A stretch of 64,000 bases of DNA from Candidatus Delongbacteria bacterium (GTDB lineage: Bacteria; CAIWAD01): positions 3,104,001-3,168,000 of the forward strand of contig OY760505.1 in the NCBI GenBank assembly GCA_963663545.1, read 5' to 3'. A program made the translations under genes and the position numbers. The notes below the pieces were generated by a model that searched no databases, was not told where the DNA came from, and worked only from the letters and a program-made list of their open reading frames with translations. This document shows positions 19,515 to 30,439 of this stretch, piece after piece. Numbering within the stretch: the stretch's first letter is position 1; each line of letters opens with the position of its first letter.

Positions 19515-22500
19515 ATGAAACGACTCCTCTTCAGTGCTGTGCTGGTATCACTGGCAAGCCAGGCGCTGGCCGAAAATGTGTTCATTTCCGAATACATTGA
19601 GGGTAGCAGCTACAACAAGGCCATCGAGATCTACAATGGAACAGGCGCCAGCCTGGACCTGAGTGGCTACACGCTCTCGCTGGGACGTAACGGTGGCGCG
19701 CTGGGTGCCCGTACTCTGGAACTCTCCGGCACGCTGGCGGCTGGCGATGTCTTCGTCTGGGCACACTCCAGTGCCGATGCGGGCATACAGGCTGTAGCCG
19801 ATGTGGTTGATGCGAGCTTTGACTTCAACGGTGACGATTCCATGGCGCTCCTGCACGACGGAACGGTGATCGACATGCTCGGTGATCAGAACGGCGACCC
19901 TGGCAGTGGCTGGACTGTCGGCACCGGCACCACACAGGATCACACTCTTGTGCGCATGTCCACGGTGTTGCAAGGGACCAACGACTGGACCGTCGGTGTG
20001 ACACAGTGGGACGTGTACGCCAACAACACCTACAGCGACCTGGGCTCCCACACCGTCAGTACGGGTGTCAACCAACCTCCGGTGATCACGGGCGTGACAC
20101 AGACTCCGGCCACCGTGCTGGAAGGCGATGCCGTGAGCGTTGAAGCCACCATTACCGACAGCGACGGCAGCGTAAGTAGCGTCGACTTCGTGTATCACGT
20201 GGATTCCGGTAGCGATGTCACTGTGACCTTGACGGGCGTTGGCGATGTCTACACCGGCAGCATTCCCGCGCAGCTTGCCGGAAGCACCGTGTATTACAGT
20301 TTTGTTGCCACCGATGACGACAGTGACAGTTCGACCTACAGCGATTCCTATTACGTGGGCAGCGTGTCCAACATTAACGAGGGCGACCTGGTCATCAATG
20401 AGATCATGCCCAATCCCCTCGCGGTGGGTGATGCGGAAGGCGAGTGGTTTGAAGTCCACAACACCACCGCCGCCGACATCGACATGTTCGGTTTGAGCAT
20501 CGCCGATGATGGCAGCGACTTCTTTACCATCAGCAGCCAGCTGATCGTGCCCGCCGGTGGTTACGTGATTTTTGCCGAAGTGGCCGACAGCGGACTCAAT
20601 GGCGGATTGCCCGTTGTGGATTACCTGATTCCCGATCCGGGACAGTTTGCTCTGGCCAACACTGCCGACGAACTCTTGATTCTGGACGGCACCACCGAGT
20701 TGGATCGCGTGGCCTGGGATACCAGCAGTGGCTGGCCCTACACCAATGGCCACAGCCTGGCGCTGACCGATCCCACTCTGGACAACAACGTGGCGGCCAG
20801 CTGGGTTGAGTTCACTGACAGCCAGTACGGCGATGGCGACTACGGAACACCCGGAGTCGTCAATTTCAGCGGCGTGCCCACGTTCAGCAACTTCGCGCAG
20901 AGTCCCGAGAATGTGATGCCGGGCGATGTCGTCACGGTCAGTGTTGACGCCAACGACGACGGCACCATCACTTCCGTCACCCTGTATTACAGCCTGAATG
21001 GCGGAGCTGAGAGCAGCATTGCTATGAGTGAAGTTGTATCACGTGCCTCCTACACCGGTGACCTTCCCGCCCAGATCCTGGGAACTCAAGTGGACTATCG
21101 TCTTGTGGCCATTGATGATGAGTTGAACAGCAGCGAGTTCGGTCCCCGCAGTTACACTGTCGGCGGCAACCAGATCAGCATTGCCGCGGTGCAGGCGCAC
21201 AACGGTGACGGTGTCAGCCTGATGGAAGGTCAGACGGTCTCCATCACGGGTATCGTCAGTGCGCTGGCCTATTCGGGCACTGGCAGCTTCTTCCTTCAGG
21301 ACAGCAACGCGGCGCTTTCCGGCATTCAAGTCTACGGTGCCAACGACGGCCTGGCTGTGGGAGACGAAGTGTCGGTGACCGGTGAAGTCGACGAGTATTA
21401 CGATCATACCGAGCTGGTGATCGGCAGCAGCAGTGCGTACAGTGTAATCTCCAGCGGCAACACACCTTGGGCCCCCGTTGCTCTTACGGCTGCTACAGCC
21501 GGAGCCGAGGACTACGAAAGCATGCTGGTCCGTGTTGAGGATCTGGATTGTCTGGGTGCGCCCGACACCTACGGCGAGTGGTTTTCGGCTACCGGCAACG
21601 ACAGCCTGATGGTTGACGACCTCTTCGGCGGCTTCTTCAGTCCCATTGTCGGCGAGTGCTACGACCTGGTGGGCGTGATGTATTACAGCTACGAAGTTTT
21701 CCGCATCGAGCCCCGCAACATGGGTGATCTGGCCCTTTGCAGCGGCGGCAACTTGCCTCCCGTTGCCTACGGTTTGTATCACGACATCAGCCTTCCTACA
21801 AGTGTTGACCCCGTGACCGTAACCGGTACCGCCGACGACGACACCGGCATGAGCAGTGTCGAACTGCGTTACACTGTGGACGGAGGCGCCGTGAACAGCT
21901 TGAGCATGAGTCTCTTGCGCGGCGGCCAGTATGAAGGAGTGATACCTGCCCAGGCCGATGGCAGCGACGTCGAGTACTGGATGTACGTCACCGACCTTGA
22001 TATGGCCGACTATGAGTCTGATCACGGGTTCTATAATGTTTCCGACGCACTGCTGTGTGACGATGTGGCCCCGATGCGCGTCGTTGACGCTGATGGCGAG
22101 CCGCTGATGCTGGGGCAGACCGTAGTCATTTGCGGTGTTGCCACTACCGCATACGAATTCGGCTACGCCGGTGCCGCCTACATTCACACCTCCACAGGTG
22201 ACATCTGCGCGTACGGTGGTCTGGTGCACACGGACAGCACTGCGCTGGCCATTGGTGATGAAGTTATGATCGCTGGCGAGATCGGCTTCTACAATGGCTT
22301 GACCGAGATCATCAATTGCAGCATCGTGACCGTGCAGAGCAGCGGCAACAGCGTGACACCGACCGTGGTGACCCTGGCTGATCTGAACGCAGACGGCGAA
22401 GGCTACGAGGCACAGCTGGTGCGTGTGAATGGTGTCACGATTACCGATCCAGCGAACTGGCCCGCCTCTGGCAGCAATGGCAGTGTGATTGTGTCACAGG

Positions 22501-23516
22501 GTACCGATACCTTCACGATGTTCGTTGACCGTGATACAAACCTCAACGGTACTGCCGCCCCCACAGGTGAGTTCGATATGATCGCCGTTGTGGGACAGTA
22601 CGACTACACTTCGCCCTACACAGAAGGCTACCAGCTGATTCCGCGCTTCACCGCCGATATCAATCCCGAAGCCAGCTACGAGTGCACCGACCTGAGCGAC
22701 CTGCGCGTCAACGACGCCGACGGTATTCCCACGGCTCTTGGCACAACGGTCAAGGTGTGCGGCGTAGTGACCAGCACCAACCAGCTTAGCGCTTCCGGAC
22801 CCGCAACCCTTCAGACTGCCGATGGCGCCATTGCCATCTACGACGAGTTGGTGGCCGGTGATACATTGATCGCCCTGGGCGACAGCATCGAGGTCGTTGG
22901 CGCGGTCGGCTTCTATCGCGGCCTGAGCCAGATCACCGGTGTCAGCCAGTTCAGCATCGTCAACAATGGTCCCGCACTGCTTGGCGAGATCGTTACCCTG
23001 GCGGATCTGATCGCAGCGAGCGAGTCCTACGAGTCCCGTCTGGTAACCGTGGAAAATGTCACGCTGGTGGATCCGGAGAACTGGCCTGCCGAGGGTAGCA
23101 GCTACACGCTGACTCTGAGTGACGGCACCAACGAGTTCGACCTGCGTGTTGATCAGGATACAGACATCGACGGCAGCACTGTTCTCGCCGGGAGCTTTGA
23201 CTTGACCGCAGTTGTGGGCCAGTACGACAGCAGTGCGCCCTACGACAGCGGCTATCAGCTGCTGCCCCGCTTCTACAGCGACTTCGCACAGGCACAGGCT
23301 CTGCCCGCCCCCGTCGTCAACATCAGCATTGCCGCCAATCAGCTCACGCTGAGTTGGGATGCAATCCTTGGAGCCACCGATTACACGGTCTACACTTGCG
23401 TTGGTGATCCTTACAATTCCGCCAACTGGGATGCTGGCCAGAGCACCTACGGCGTAAACTCCTGGACTCTGCCGGTGCCTGCAGCAAACACTTTCTATCG
23501 TGTCACAGCCGAATAA
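19515..23516 (+). CDS. Paralogous secreted lamin-tail/OB-fold protein with an extra OB-fold module
   Basis: Same module order as 15995-19345 with a duplicated last module (..YQLIPR / ..YQLLPR); ends FYRVTAE; start MKRLLFS after AAGGA. Confidence 0.8.
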   Translation: MKRLLFSAVLVSLASQALAENVFISEYIEGSSYNKAIEIYNGTGASLDLSGYTLSLGRNGGALGARTLELSGTLAAGDVFVWAHSSADAGIQAVADVVDASFDFNGDDSMALLHDGTVIDMLGDQNGDPGSGWTVGTGTTQDHTLVRMSTVLQGTNDWTVGVTQWDVYANNTYSDLGSHTVSTGVNQPPVITGVTQTPATVLEGDAVSVEATITDSDGSVSSVDFVYHVDSGSDVTVTLTGVGDVYTGSIPAQLAGSTVYYSFVATDDDSDSSTYSDSYYVGSVSNINEGDLVINEIMPNPLAVGDAEGEWFEVHNTTAADIDMFGLSIADDGSDFFTISSQLIVPAGGYVIFAEVADSGLNGGLPVVDYLIPDPGQFALANTADELLILDGTTELDRVAWDTSSGWPYTNGHSLALTDPTLDNNVAASWVEFTDSQYGDGDYGTPGVVNFSGVPTFSNFAQSPENVMPGDVVTVSVDANDDGTITSVTLYYSLNGGAESSIAMSEVVSRASYTGDLPAQILGTQVDYRLVAIDDELNSSEFGPRSYTVGGNQISIAAVQAHNGDGVSLMEGQTVSITGIVSALAYSGTGSFFLQDSNAALSGIQVYGANDGLAVGDEVSVTGEVDEYYDHTELVIGSSSAYSVISSGNTPWAPVALTAATAGAEDYESMLVRVEDLDCLGAPDTYGEWFSATGNDSLMVDDLFGGFFSPIVGECYDLVGVMYYSYEVFRIEPRNMGDLALCSGGNLPPVAYGLYHDISLPTSVDPVTVTGTADDDTGMSSVELRYTVDGGAVNSLSMSLLRGGQYEGVIPAQADGSDVEYWMYVTDLDMADYESDHGFYNVSDALLCDDVAPMRVVDADGEPLMLGQTVVICGVATTAYEFGYAGAAYIHTSTGDICAYGGLVHTDSTALAIGDEVMIAGEIGFYNGLTEIINCSIVTVQSSGNSVTPTVVTLADLNADGEGYEAQLVRVNGVTITDPANWPASGSNGSVIVSQGTDTFTMFVDRDTNLNGTAAPTGEFDMIAVVGQYDYTSPYTEGYQLIPRFTADINPEASYECTDLSDLRVNDADGIPTALGTTVKVCGVVTSTNQLSASGPATLQTADGAIAIYDELVAGDTLIALGDSIEVVGAVGFYRGLSQITGVSQFSIVNNGPALLGEIVTLADLIAASESYESRLVTVENVTLVDPENWPAEGSSYTLTLSDGTNEFDLRVDQDTDIDGSTVLAGSFDLTAVVGQYDSSAPYDSGYQLLPRFYSDFAQAQALPAPVVNISIAANQLTLSWDAILGATDYTVYTCVGDPYNSANWDAGQSTYGVNSWTLPVPAANTFYRVTAE

Positions 23517-23534
23517 GCGTCGACACTTTCACTG

Positions 23535-23565
23535 AAAAAAGGGCGTCCTGCGGGGCGCCCTCTTT
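23535..23565. terminator. Bidirectional terminator
   Basis: AAAAAA-GGGCGTCC-TGCG-GGGCGCCC-TCTTT between convergent genes. Confidence 0.75.
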
Positions 23566-23592
23566 GATTGAATACCTGTGATATAAACCGCT

Positions 23593-25461
23593 TCAAGGCT
23601 GAGCTGCCGCCGACGCATTCGCCGCGGGAGCGAAACACTCAGAAAGGAGCCTGATGCCAGCGCCATCGTAGCTCGTCTGCAGCATCTTCTGGAAATGATC
23701 GCGCGCTTGCGATGTATCACCCGTTTCCAGCAGTTGCTGTGCCAGCTTAGCGTGACACAAACCAAGGTTCCAGTTGGCGTCGGCGTAGGCGGGGCGGAGT
23801 CGCAGTGCGTGAAGATAGCCGCTCAAGGCTTCGCTGTACCGGCCCGTAGCAAAGTAAAGGCCAGCCAGGTTGTTCCAGGCTTCCACTGATGTGGAATCCA
23901 GTTCGAGCTCTTGTTTGTAGCACACGGCAGCTTCCTGCAATCGGCCTGCCATGTGGTGCATACGTCCCAGATTCAACCGCGGACCAGGAAGAGAAGGCGC
24001 TTGCTGCATTGCTTCTTGGTAGCACTCTGCGGCGCGATCCAATTTCTGCAGACGCTGCCAGGCGTTGCCCTCCTGCAAGGCTTGCCATCCCGTATTGCTG
24101 TGATACAATGCGCGGGGTAGTGACAGAGCTGCCAGCGACAGCAGGATCAGCAGAAGCCCACTCAGGATCATTCCTCGTGGAGTACGCAGCCGAGTGGCGA
24201 ACTCACGCGGATCAGCGAGCATGGCTGCGGCAGGCAGGTGCAGGAAAGGGTGCAAGGGCAGCCGGAAGCGGCTGTTTACGAAGAAGAGCAACAGACTTAG
24301 CGACCACAAGCCCAATACAGCCAGACACCAACGTCTGAGTAGGCGCTGTCGGGGAAAACCCAGGGCCAGAGCCAGTAATCCAGGTACCAGGAGTAGCCAC
24401 CAGGAAAAGCGCAAGAGCCGATGGATCACAGGTGCGCGCTCGCTCAGTGCCAGCGGATTTGTGTTACTGCCAATCTCTACGGGAGCCAGCAGCAGCGCCA
24501 GTTTGCGCCAGTACAGTTGAGCTGCCTCAGCCGGATGCCCCAAGAGCCAACGTCGGCCCTGGGTGTAGTACCAGTCGCTTTCTTCACCAGGTGACAGCCT
24601 GTGCAGGCTGTCGCTTTGGCTTCGACCTTTTGCCGCCAGCAGGCTGGCATCAGAACGCTCCCAGGTGTTTCCAACTCCGGGAAGTGCTGCAGTATGTCCA
24701 TCGGCAGTCGCGTTGTTGCCAATGTAGAAGTTCACGCCGCCCTGACTGGCCAGCAACACTCCACTTGTCGGCCAGCGGTTGATGCCCGCCACCAGACCAA
24801 TGGGTAACAGCATGCCCAACACCAACAGCAGCAGTGATACGCGCCGCAGGCTCATGGACACTTGCGCCTCTTCGGCGGAGAACCACAGCAGCAACGGCAG
24901 CACAGGCGTCAGCAGAAGCGCGTTGGGGCGTGCAATACAGGCAAGGCCTAACGCCAATCCGCTTGTCAGGGCGTACCCAAGTCGTCGCTTGCCGGTGGTC
25001 TCTGCCGCCAGCAACAGAAAGCCCGTGCTCAGCAGCAGGCAGCAGAGCAGAAGGTGTGGAATCAGCAGCATCGGTTCGAAATAGATCCAGCTTGCATCCA
25101 GCCCCCCCAGTGCCAATAGCCACATGCGTGCACGCGACGAAAGCCGACGACCAACGAAAAAGATCAGCAGCGCCAGATTAAGTAGCCCTAGAAGCAGACC
25201 GGCGGCACGCACCTGTGCCAACCCGCCCGGCAAGTGATGTAACACACTCAAATACCAGGCGTACAGCGGTGCACGGAAGTAGGGGATTTCCGGGCTGCCC
25301 TGACCTGTGGCCAGAGCTTCCGCCCAGTGCCAGTGAAGAGCCTCGTCAACCGCGGGGCTTTGAAAAAGTGGACTCTCATGAAAACCTGAGAACCAGTGCA
25401 GGCGCAGACCAAGGATTGCGGCCAGGAGAATCAGCAGGACAAACAGGCTGCGTCGCTTCAT
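23593..25461 (-). CDS. GT-C (ArnT/PMT-like) multi-pass membrane protein with C-terminal TPRs
   Basis: DEALH..WA, RAPLYAWYL, RPN, GGVNFYIGNN, SRFRLP; TPR helices (AWNNLA, ANWNLG). Confidence 0.75.
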   Translation of the reverse strand: MKRRSLFVLLILLAAILGLRLHWFSGFHESPLFQSPAVDEALHWHWAEALATGQGSPEIPYFRAPLYAWYLSVLHHLPGGLAQVRAAGLLLGLLNLALLIFFVGRRLSSRARMWLLALGGLDASWIYFEPMLLIPHLLLCCLLLSTGFLLLAAETTGKRRLGYALTSGLALGLACIARPNALLLTPVLPLLLWFSAEEAQVSMSLRRVSLLLLVLGMLLPIGLVAGINRWPTSGVLLASQGGVNFYIGNNATADGHTAALPGVGNTWERSDASLLAAKGRSQSDSLHRLSPGEESDWYYTQGRRWLLGHPAEAAQLYWRKLALLLAPVEIGSNTNPLALSERAPVIHRLLRFSWWLLLVPGLLALALGFPRQRLLRRWCLAVLGLWSLSLLLFFVNSRFRLPLHPFLHLPAAAMLADPREFATRLRTPRGMILSGLLLILLSLAALSLPRALYHSNTGWQALQEGNAWQRLQKLDRAAECYQEAMQQAPSLPGPRLNLGRMHHMAGRLQEAAVCYKQELELDSTSVEAWNNLAGLYFATGRYSEALSGYLHALRLRPAYADANWNLGLCHAKLAQQLLETGDTSQARDHFQKMLQTSYDGAGIRLLSECFAPAANASAAAQP

Positions 25462-25694
25462 GCTTCTCTCTTTGTTATCTAAGCCAGACAAGTGCAGCGC
25501 AATTGAGAATTCTGTGGTTGAAATCCACCGGATCGCCTGCCAGTACCTGCCACATGGAACCTAAAACGCGGGTATAATTTTTGCGCAACATCCGCGGCCA
25601 AGGTCGTCCTTCATCTTCACTATCGAAATAGTAAACTGAAGGGCCGCCTTTGAAAAGGTATCGAATCATTCAAGATAGTCACCCTGGAGGTATC

Positions 25695-28370
25695 GTGCTG
25701 CGTCCCATGAGCATAGCATTGGCTGGTGTTTTGTGTGCACAACTCGCCACCGCTGCCGCACCCGAACACTACGTGCCGGGAGAGCTGACCGTTCGTTTCT
25801 ATCAGCACCCCGGAGTACAGACGACAAGCGAAGGCGTCCTGCTGGGCAACGCCAAGCTGGATGAGCTGAACCAGTTTGCGCCCCTGCGGAGCATTGAGCC
25901 GCTCTACAAGCATTTGACCACGCCCACCGAGCCCGACCTCTCGCTGGACTATGTCCTCCACTACGACGAGGAAGTGGATCTGGTCACTCTGGCCAAGGCC
26001 TTCGAGTCCACCGGTGTTGTTGAGTATGCCGAGCCCAACTGGCTGCTGCCCATGTATCGCACCGTTAACGATCCCGACGATTACCGTCAGTGGTATCTGA
26101 GCACACTGGGAGCCGAGGAAGCCTGGGACATCCTGCCTGCGACTCCCGACTTTTCTGACATGATCGTGGCCATCATTGACAGCGGTGTGGATTGGAATCA
26201 CCCTGATCTGGCCGGTCACATTTGGGTCAACCCAGAAGAGGATGCCGACGGTGACGGCGCCATGAACACCACTTCCACTCCTGGCGATCCCGACGATCGC
26301 GATGGTGTGGACGGTTTTGGGGGTAGCGAAGGCAACGGCTACGTGGACGATTTCTACGGCTGGGACTTCGTGGACAATATTACCGGCTGTGCTTCTGGCG
26401 AAGATTGTGACACCGTCGACAACAACCCTATGGATTTCAACGGTCACGGCACCCATTGCTCCGGTCTGGCCATGGCCGACACGGACAACGGCGTCGGTGT
26501 GGCTGCGGTTGCCTTTGACGGTCGCATCATGTGCCTGCGTGCGGGGTACGATGCCTCCGATGGCACGGGTTACGTAGTGCAGAACGCGGCCGCCGAGGCC
26601 ATTTACTACGCCCGCGAGAACGGCGCCAAGATCATTTCGATGAGCTTCGGCGGCAGTCAGGTGCTGCGTACGCCAGCGACGGTGGCGTACAACTCGGGCA
26701 TGCTCTGCTTCCACGCTGCTGGCAACGACGACGTGACCGAGCAGGACCAGCTCGATCGCGCCTCGGGCATGATCAGCGTCGCGGCTACCTCGAGCAGCAA
26801 CTGCAAAGCCGACTTCAGCAATTATGGCGAATGGGTTGATGTGAGTGCGCCCGGTGTCAACATGTATTGCACCTGGTTCAACAACACCTACATCAGCATT
26901 CAAGGCACTTCCATGGCCTGCCCGTTGGCGGCTTCCGTAGCGGCGTTGATCTGGAATGTGGCTCCCGAGTTGACCAATCAGGAAGTACGCGCCCGTCTGC
27001 TGGGAACGGTGAACCAAATTGATCACCTGTCCTGCAACACTTCTTATGCTGGCCAGCTGGGCACAGGCTGCGTCAACGCCTATAACGCGGCTTACAACAT
27101 TCGTGCAACCGAGATTGTCATGGGTGAGCTGACGGTCACGGACAGCGGCGGCGACGGTCGTTACCTGAACGAGGAAAACGTCAACTTCAGCTTCAGCTTC
27201 GACAACACCGGTATCAACCCCACGGATGAGGTGATTTGCGAGCTGAGCACAGACGACGGTAGCGTGACCATCGATGCGCCTACGCTTACGCTGAATCCGG
27301 TTGAGATCGCCGAGAGCGGCAGCGGCACAATGAGTGCGCATCTGAATGCTGGCGGAAACAATCGTTATGTCACCTTTACTCTGAGCATCAGCACGGCCAA
27401 CGCCGAGGATGCTTTGGAGAGCGTGGTCGAGATCATGGTAGGAACCCCCCATGTGCTGCTTTACGATGATGCGCCGGTAACGGATCTGATTTACAGCTTT
27501 TATTTCACGGCGCTCAAGGAGCAGGGCCTCATTTTTGACTGGTACCAGAGCGAGAGCGGCAGTTTTCCGATGATGCCGGGTACCAGCCTGGATATGGAGA
27601 TGTACGACACCGTCTTCTACAGCTCCGGTAGTGCCAGCAGCACGCTGAATGCCAACGAGCAAACCCTGCTTAGCTCCTGGCTGAATGCCGATCGCGGGCT
27701 CCTGGTTAGCAGCCAGTATGCGGCTACCGATCTGGCGGGCTCCGACTTCCTGGCCAACGTGCTGTGTGCCGAAGCAACGGAGGACGAGAACGCCTCACGC
27801 GGTGTGCGCGGACTCTCCGAGGGTGACACGCCTTGCCAGGGCTATTGGCTGATTCTGCAGGGTGCTGGCGGTGCCAACAATCAGGGCTCGCCCGTTACCG
27901 GCATCAACGCGATCAACGGCAGCGAAGTGCTCTTTCAGGACAACGATTCCGACTTCAGCACCGGCGTGATCCACAACAATGTGGCCTTCCTCGGATTCGC
28001 TGTTGAAGCGGCCAGCGGCCTTTCTACCAGCCAGACTCTGTCGGATGTCCTTGGCGAAATGCTGCCGACCCTCGATGTGGAGGAGCCCGTGGCCCAGTTG
28101 CCGCAGAGCAGCCGTCTGACCGCCGTTTGGCCCAATCCCTTCAATCCCTCGACACAGATCGCTTTCGAACTGGCGCAGGCCGCTCAAGTAAATCTCTGCG
28201 TGTACAATCTGCTGGGACAGGAAGTAGCGCGTCTGGCCGAAGGTCGTATGACTGCCGGTGAGCATCGCGTGACCTTCCAGGCCGATCAGCAGGCTTCCGG
28301 CCTCTACCTGGCCACCTTGGTCGTGGACGGTCAGCGCGTCGGCGTGCAGAAACTGGTGCTGGCGAGATAA
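25695..28370 (+). CDS. S8 subtilisin-like serine protease with T9SS-type C-terminal domain
   Basis: Triad IIDSG / NGHGTHC / QGTSMACP; tail WPNPFNPST..VYNLLGQEV..KLVL; GTG start after GGAGG. Confidence 0.92.
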   Translation: MLRPMSIALAGVLCAQLATAAAPEHYVPGELTVRFYQHPGVQTTSEGVLLGNAKLDELNQFAPLRSIEPLYKHLTTPTEPDLSLDYVLHYDEEVDLVTLAKAFESTGVVEYAEPNWLLPMYRTVNDPDDYRQWYLSTLGAEEAWDILPATPDFSDMIVAIIDSGVDWNHPDLAGHIWVNPEEDADGDGAMNTTSTPGDPDDRDGVDGFGGSEGNGYVDDFYGWDFVDNITGCASGEDCDTVDNNPMDFNGHGTHCSGLAMADTDNGVGVAAVAFDGRIMCLRAGYDASDGTGYVVQNAAAEAIYYARENGAKIISMSFGGSQVLRTPATVAYNSGMLCFHAAGNDDVTEQDQLDRASGMISVAATSSSNCKADFSNYGEWVDVSAPGVNMYCTWFNNTYISIQGTSMACPLAASVAALIWNVAPELTNQEVRARLLGTVNQIDHLSCNTSYAGQLGTGCVNAYNAAYNIRATEIVMGELTVTDSGGDGRYLNEENVNFSFSFDNTGINPTDEVICELSTDDGSVTIDAPTLTLNPVEIAESGSGTMSAHLNAGGNNRYVTFTLSISTANAEDALESVVEIMVGTPHVLLYDDAPVTDLIYSFYFTALKEQGLIFDWYQSESGSFPMMPGTSLDMEMYDTVFYSSGSASSTLNANEQTLLSSWLNADRGLLVSSQYAATDLAGSDFLANVLCAEATEDENASRGVRGLSEGDTPCQGYWLILQGAGGANNQGSPVTGINAINGSEVLFQDNDSDFSTGVIHNNVAFLGFAVEAASGLSTSQTLSDVLGEMLPTLDVEEPVAQLPQSSRLTAVWPNPFNPSTQIAFELAQAAQVNLCVYNLLGQEVARLAEGRMTAGEHRVTFQADQQASGLYLATLVVDGQRVGVQKLVLAR

Positions 28371-28403
28371 TCGTTCAAGCTTGTCTGTATCACATGACAT
28401 GCC

Positions 28404-28436
28404 AGCGGGTGCTGCAATTGCGGCACCCGCTTTTTT
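28404..28436 (+). terminator. Intrinsic terminator
   Basis: AGCGGGTGCTGC-AATT-GCGGCACCCGCT-TTTTT. Confidence 0.85.
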
Positions 28437-28676
28437 GGCTGGATTTGAGCTGGCGCTTAGTCGATCGGTATACTAACAGTGTTCATGTTGGGCGCAGTAC
28501 TGGCTGGCTACGTTGTATAGGAGTACTCAGAAGTTCTGTCCAACCTCTTTGCCTGGATCTATTGTAAATGCTGATATTGCAATCATTTGATTGGCGATTC
28601 GTTGGACAGAACATTCAAGTACTCCAATAAGAGGCCGTGCGTGCTGGCCATGTCTCGGAAACAGGAGGGATGAACG

Positions 28677-29222
28677 ATGAACAGGGTGGCAGGAATTCTA
28701 CTTTGCATCACTACGTGCTTCGTACTACAAAGCGGGAGCGCCTGGGCGAAAAGCAATGAAGAAGCCACAGGCGACATGATTCAAGTGCTGATTCCGGCCA
28801 GCGGATACCTGAGCACCTGGTTGCTGCATGACAAGGAAGGACGGATTCAGTTCTACAAATCCTTCTTCACTAACGAGGCCGTGACCTATGCTTTGAAGTA
28901 CGCCATCAACAAGCCGCGTCAAGAGAACAACGGAGATTACTCCTTCCCGTCGGGACACACTTCCGCCTCCTTTCAGGGGGCCACATTCATTCACAAACGA
29001 TACGGTTGGAAGGTGGGAATTCCAGCTTATCTGGCAGCGGCCTACGTAGGCTGGAGCCGCGTCGAAGGAGAGTCGGACAAACATGATCTGGTGGATGTTT
29101 CTACGGGAGCGCTGATTGGCACGCTGAGCAGCTGGTACTTCACGACGACCTGGGAAGGCGTATGTATCACACCAGAAGTTGGCGATCACGCTTATGGAAT
29201 TGGCGTGCATATCAGCTGGTGA
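28677..29222 (+). CDS. PAP2-family phosphatase (lipid A / lipid phosphate phosphatase-like)
   Basis: LKYAINKPRQ, SFPSGHT, SRVEGESDKH..DV. Confidence 0.85.
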   Translation: MNRVAGILLCITTCFVLQSGSAWAKSNEEATGDMIQVLIPASGYLSTWLLHDKEGRIQFYKSFFTNEAVTYALKYAINKPRQENNGDYSFPSGHTSASFQGATFIHKRYGWKVGIPAYLAAAYVGWSRVEGESDKHDLVDVSTGALIGTLSSWYFTTTWEGVCITPEVGDHAYGIGVHISW

Positions 29223-29542
29223 TTGAGTTGTAAGCAGCTTTTCCTTGTTACATGCTTCCCGTAGGTTTACCTTTGAGCCATTGATGCAGAGCACCTTGTA
29301 TCACAGCCTTCAACAGAGACATCAGCGTAGTTCCGGGAGGCTTCACGATTCGGATCGAAACATGGTGCCCCTTGTCCTCAGTCTGGCTCACATGACCCCG
29401 ACAGAAGCGGAGGAGTGTTACCTGCCAGGTGATACAATAGTATGAGTCCCAAAAATCAGGATGACCTCGCGATGGCCTTTCTAGGTAGTAAGCAGCAGTT
29501 TGCTACGGACGCTTACAGTGACCACAGGCTGCGAATGATCAA

Positions 29543-30439
29543 ATGAGTGTGTATCACGAGACAGATCATGGTGTAGCACGCAGCATCGAAGAAGGTGAGC
29601 GGGGGCTATGGCTCGCCTGTCCTCATCTACCGGGTGACGAAGGCTATGACGACTGGCTCGATTCTGAGAACCGTTTTGCCAAGCTCATTCCAACACATAA
29701 TCTGCTGCTGTTTGAAGATCAGAAATGCGCTCTCGGCAAGTTGGCCTTTGTGCACGAAGACGCTGGCTGCCTGGTCTTTCTGGCACCCGCCATTCATCAG
29801 AACGGTGACACAGAGCAGATTGCAGAGTCGCTGTTTCATGCCGCTGTTGAGGTAGCGAAAAGCAGAAGCGTATCACGATTGATCAGCGCCATTGACGGCG
29901 TGGATCACAGGGCACAGCTTCTTTCACAAGCACTTCTGGCTACGGGTTTTGTGTTACAAGAAGAGAAGCTGATCTACACACGCAGACTGGATCGGTCCCT
30001 GGAGAAACCGGACAGCGCCGGTTTTGAGTACGCCGCCTTCGATGAGGCAAAGGATGATGGTTTGGCACAGGCCTTGGACTTGTTCCGTGATACACATCAG
30101 CACGCTGCAGGAATCGATGAACTGAGAAAGGCGGCAACCGGACCCGGTCGTCATTGGCGGCTTGTGTATCACCAGGGGCGCTTCATCGGCCTTAGCCTGT
30201 TACGCATTCGTGATACAGATGCCAGCCTGGATCTGATCTCTCTGGTGCCGGAATCTCGCGGACGCGGATTGGGGAAGCGTGTTTTTGTCGCTGCTCTCGA
30301 CCATGCGCGTGAGCTGGGCGCACAGCGCTACCTGGGATCGACTCGTGTCGCCAATGCTCCCATGATCCGCGTCTTCGAGGGTTGTGGCTGCAAGCTGCTG
30401 ATGCAGCGCAAGGAGTTCGTTTTCCGGCTGCAGGGCTGA
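29543..30439 (+). CDS. GNAT-family N-acetyltransferase
   Basis: LVPESRGRGLGK acetyl-CoA motif, NAPMIRVFEGCG. Confidence 0.75.
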   Translation: MSVYHETDHGVARSIEEGERGLWLACPHLPGDEGYDDWLDSENRFAKLIPTHNLLLFEDQKCALGKLAFVHEDAGCLVFLAPAIHQNGDTEQIAESLFHAAVEVAKSRSVSRLISAIDGVDHRAQLLSQALLATGFVLQEEKLIYTRRLDRSLEKPDSAGFEYAAFDEAKDDGLAQALDLFRDTHQHAAGIDELRKAATGPGRHWRLVYHQGRFIGLSLLRIRDTDASLDLISLVPESRGRGLGKRVFVAALDHARELGAQRYLGSTRVANAPMIRVFEGCGCKLLMQRKEFVFRLQG

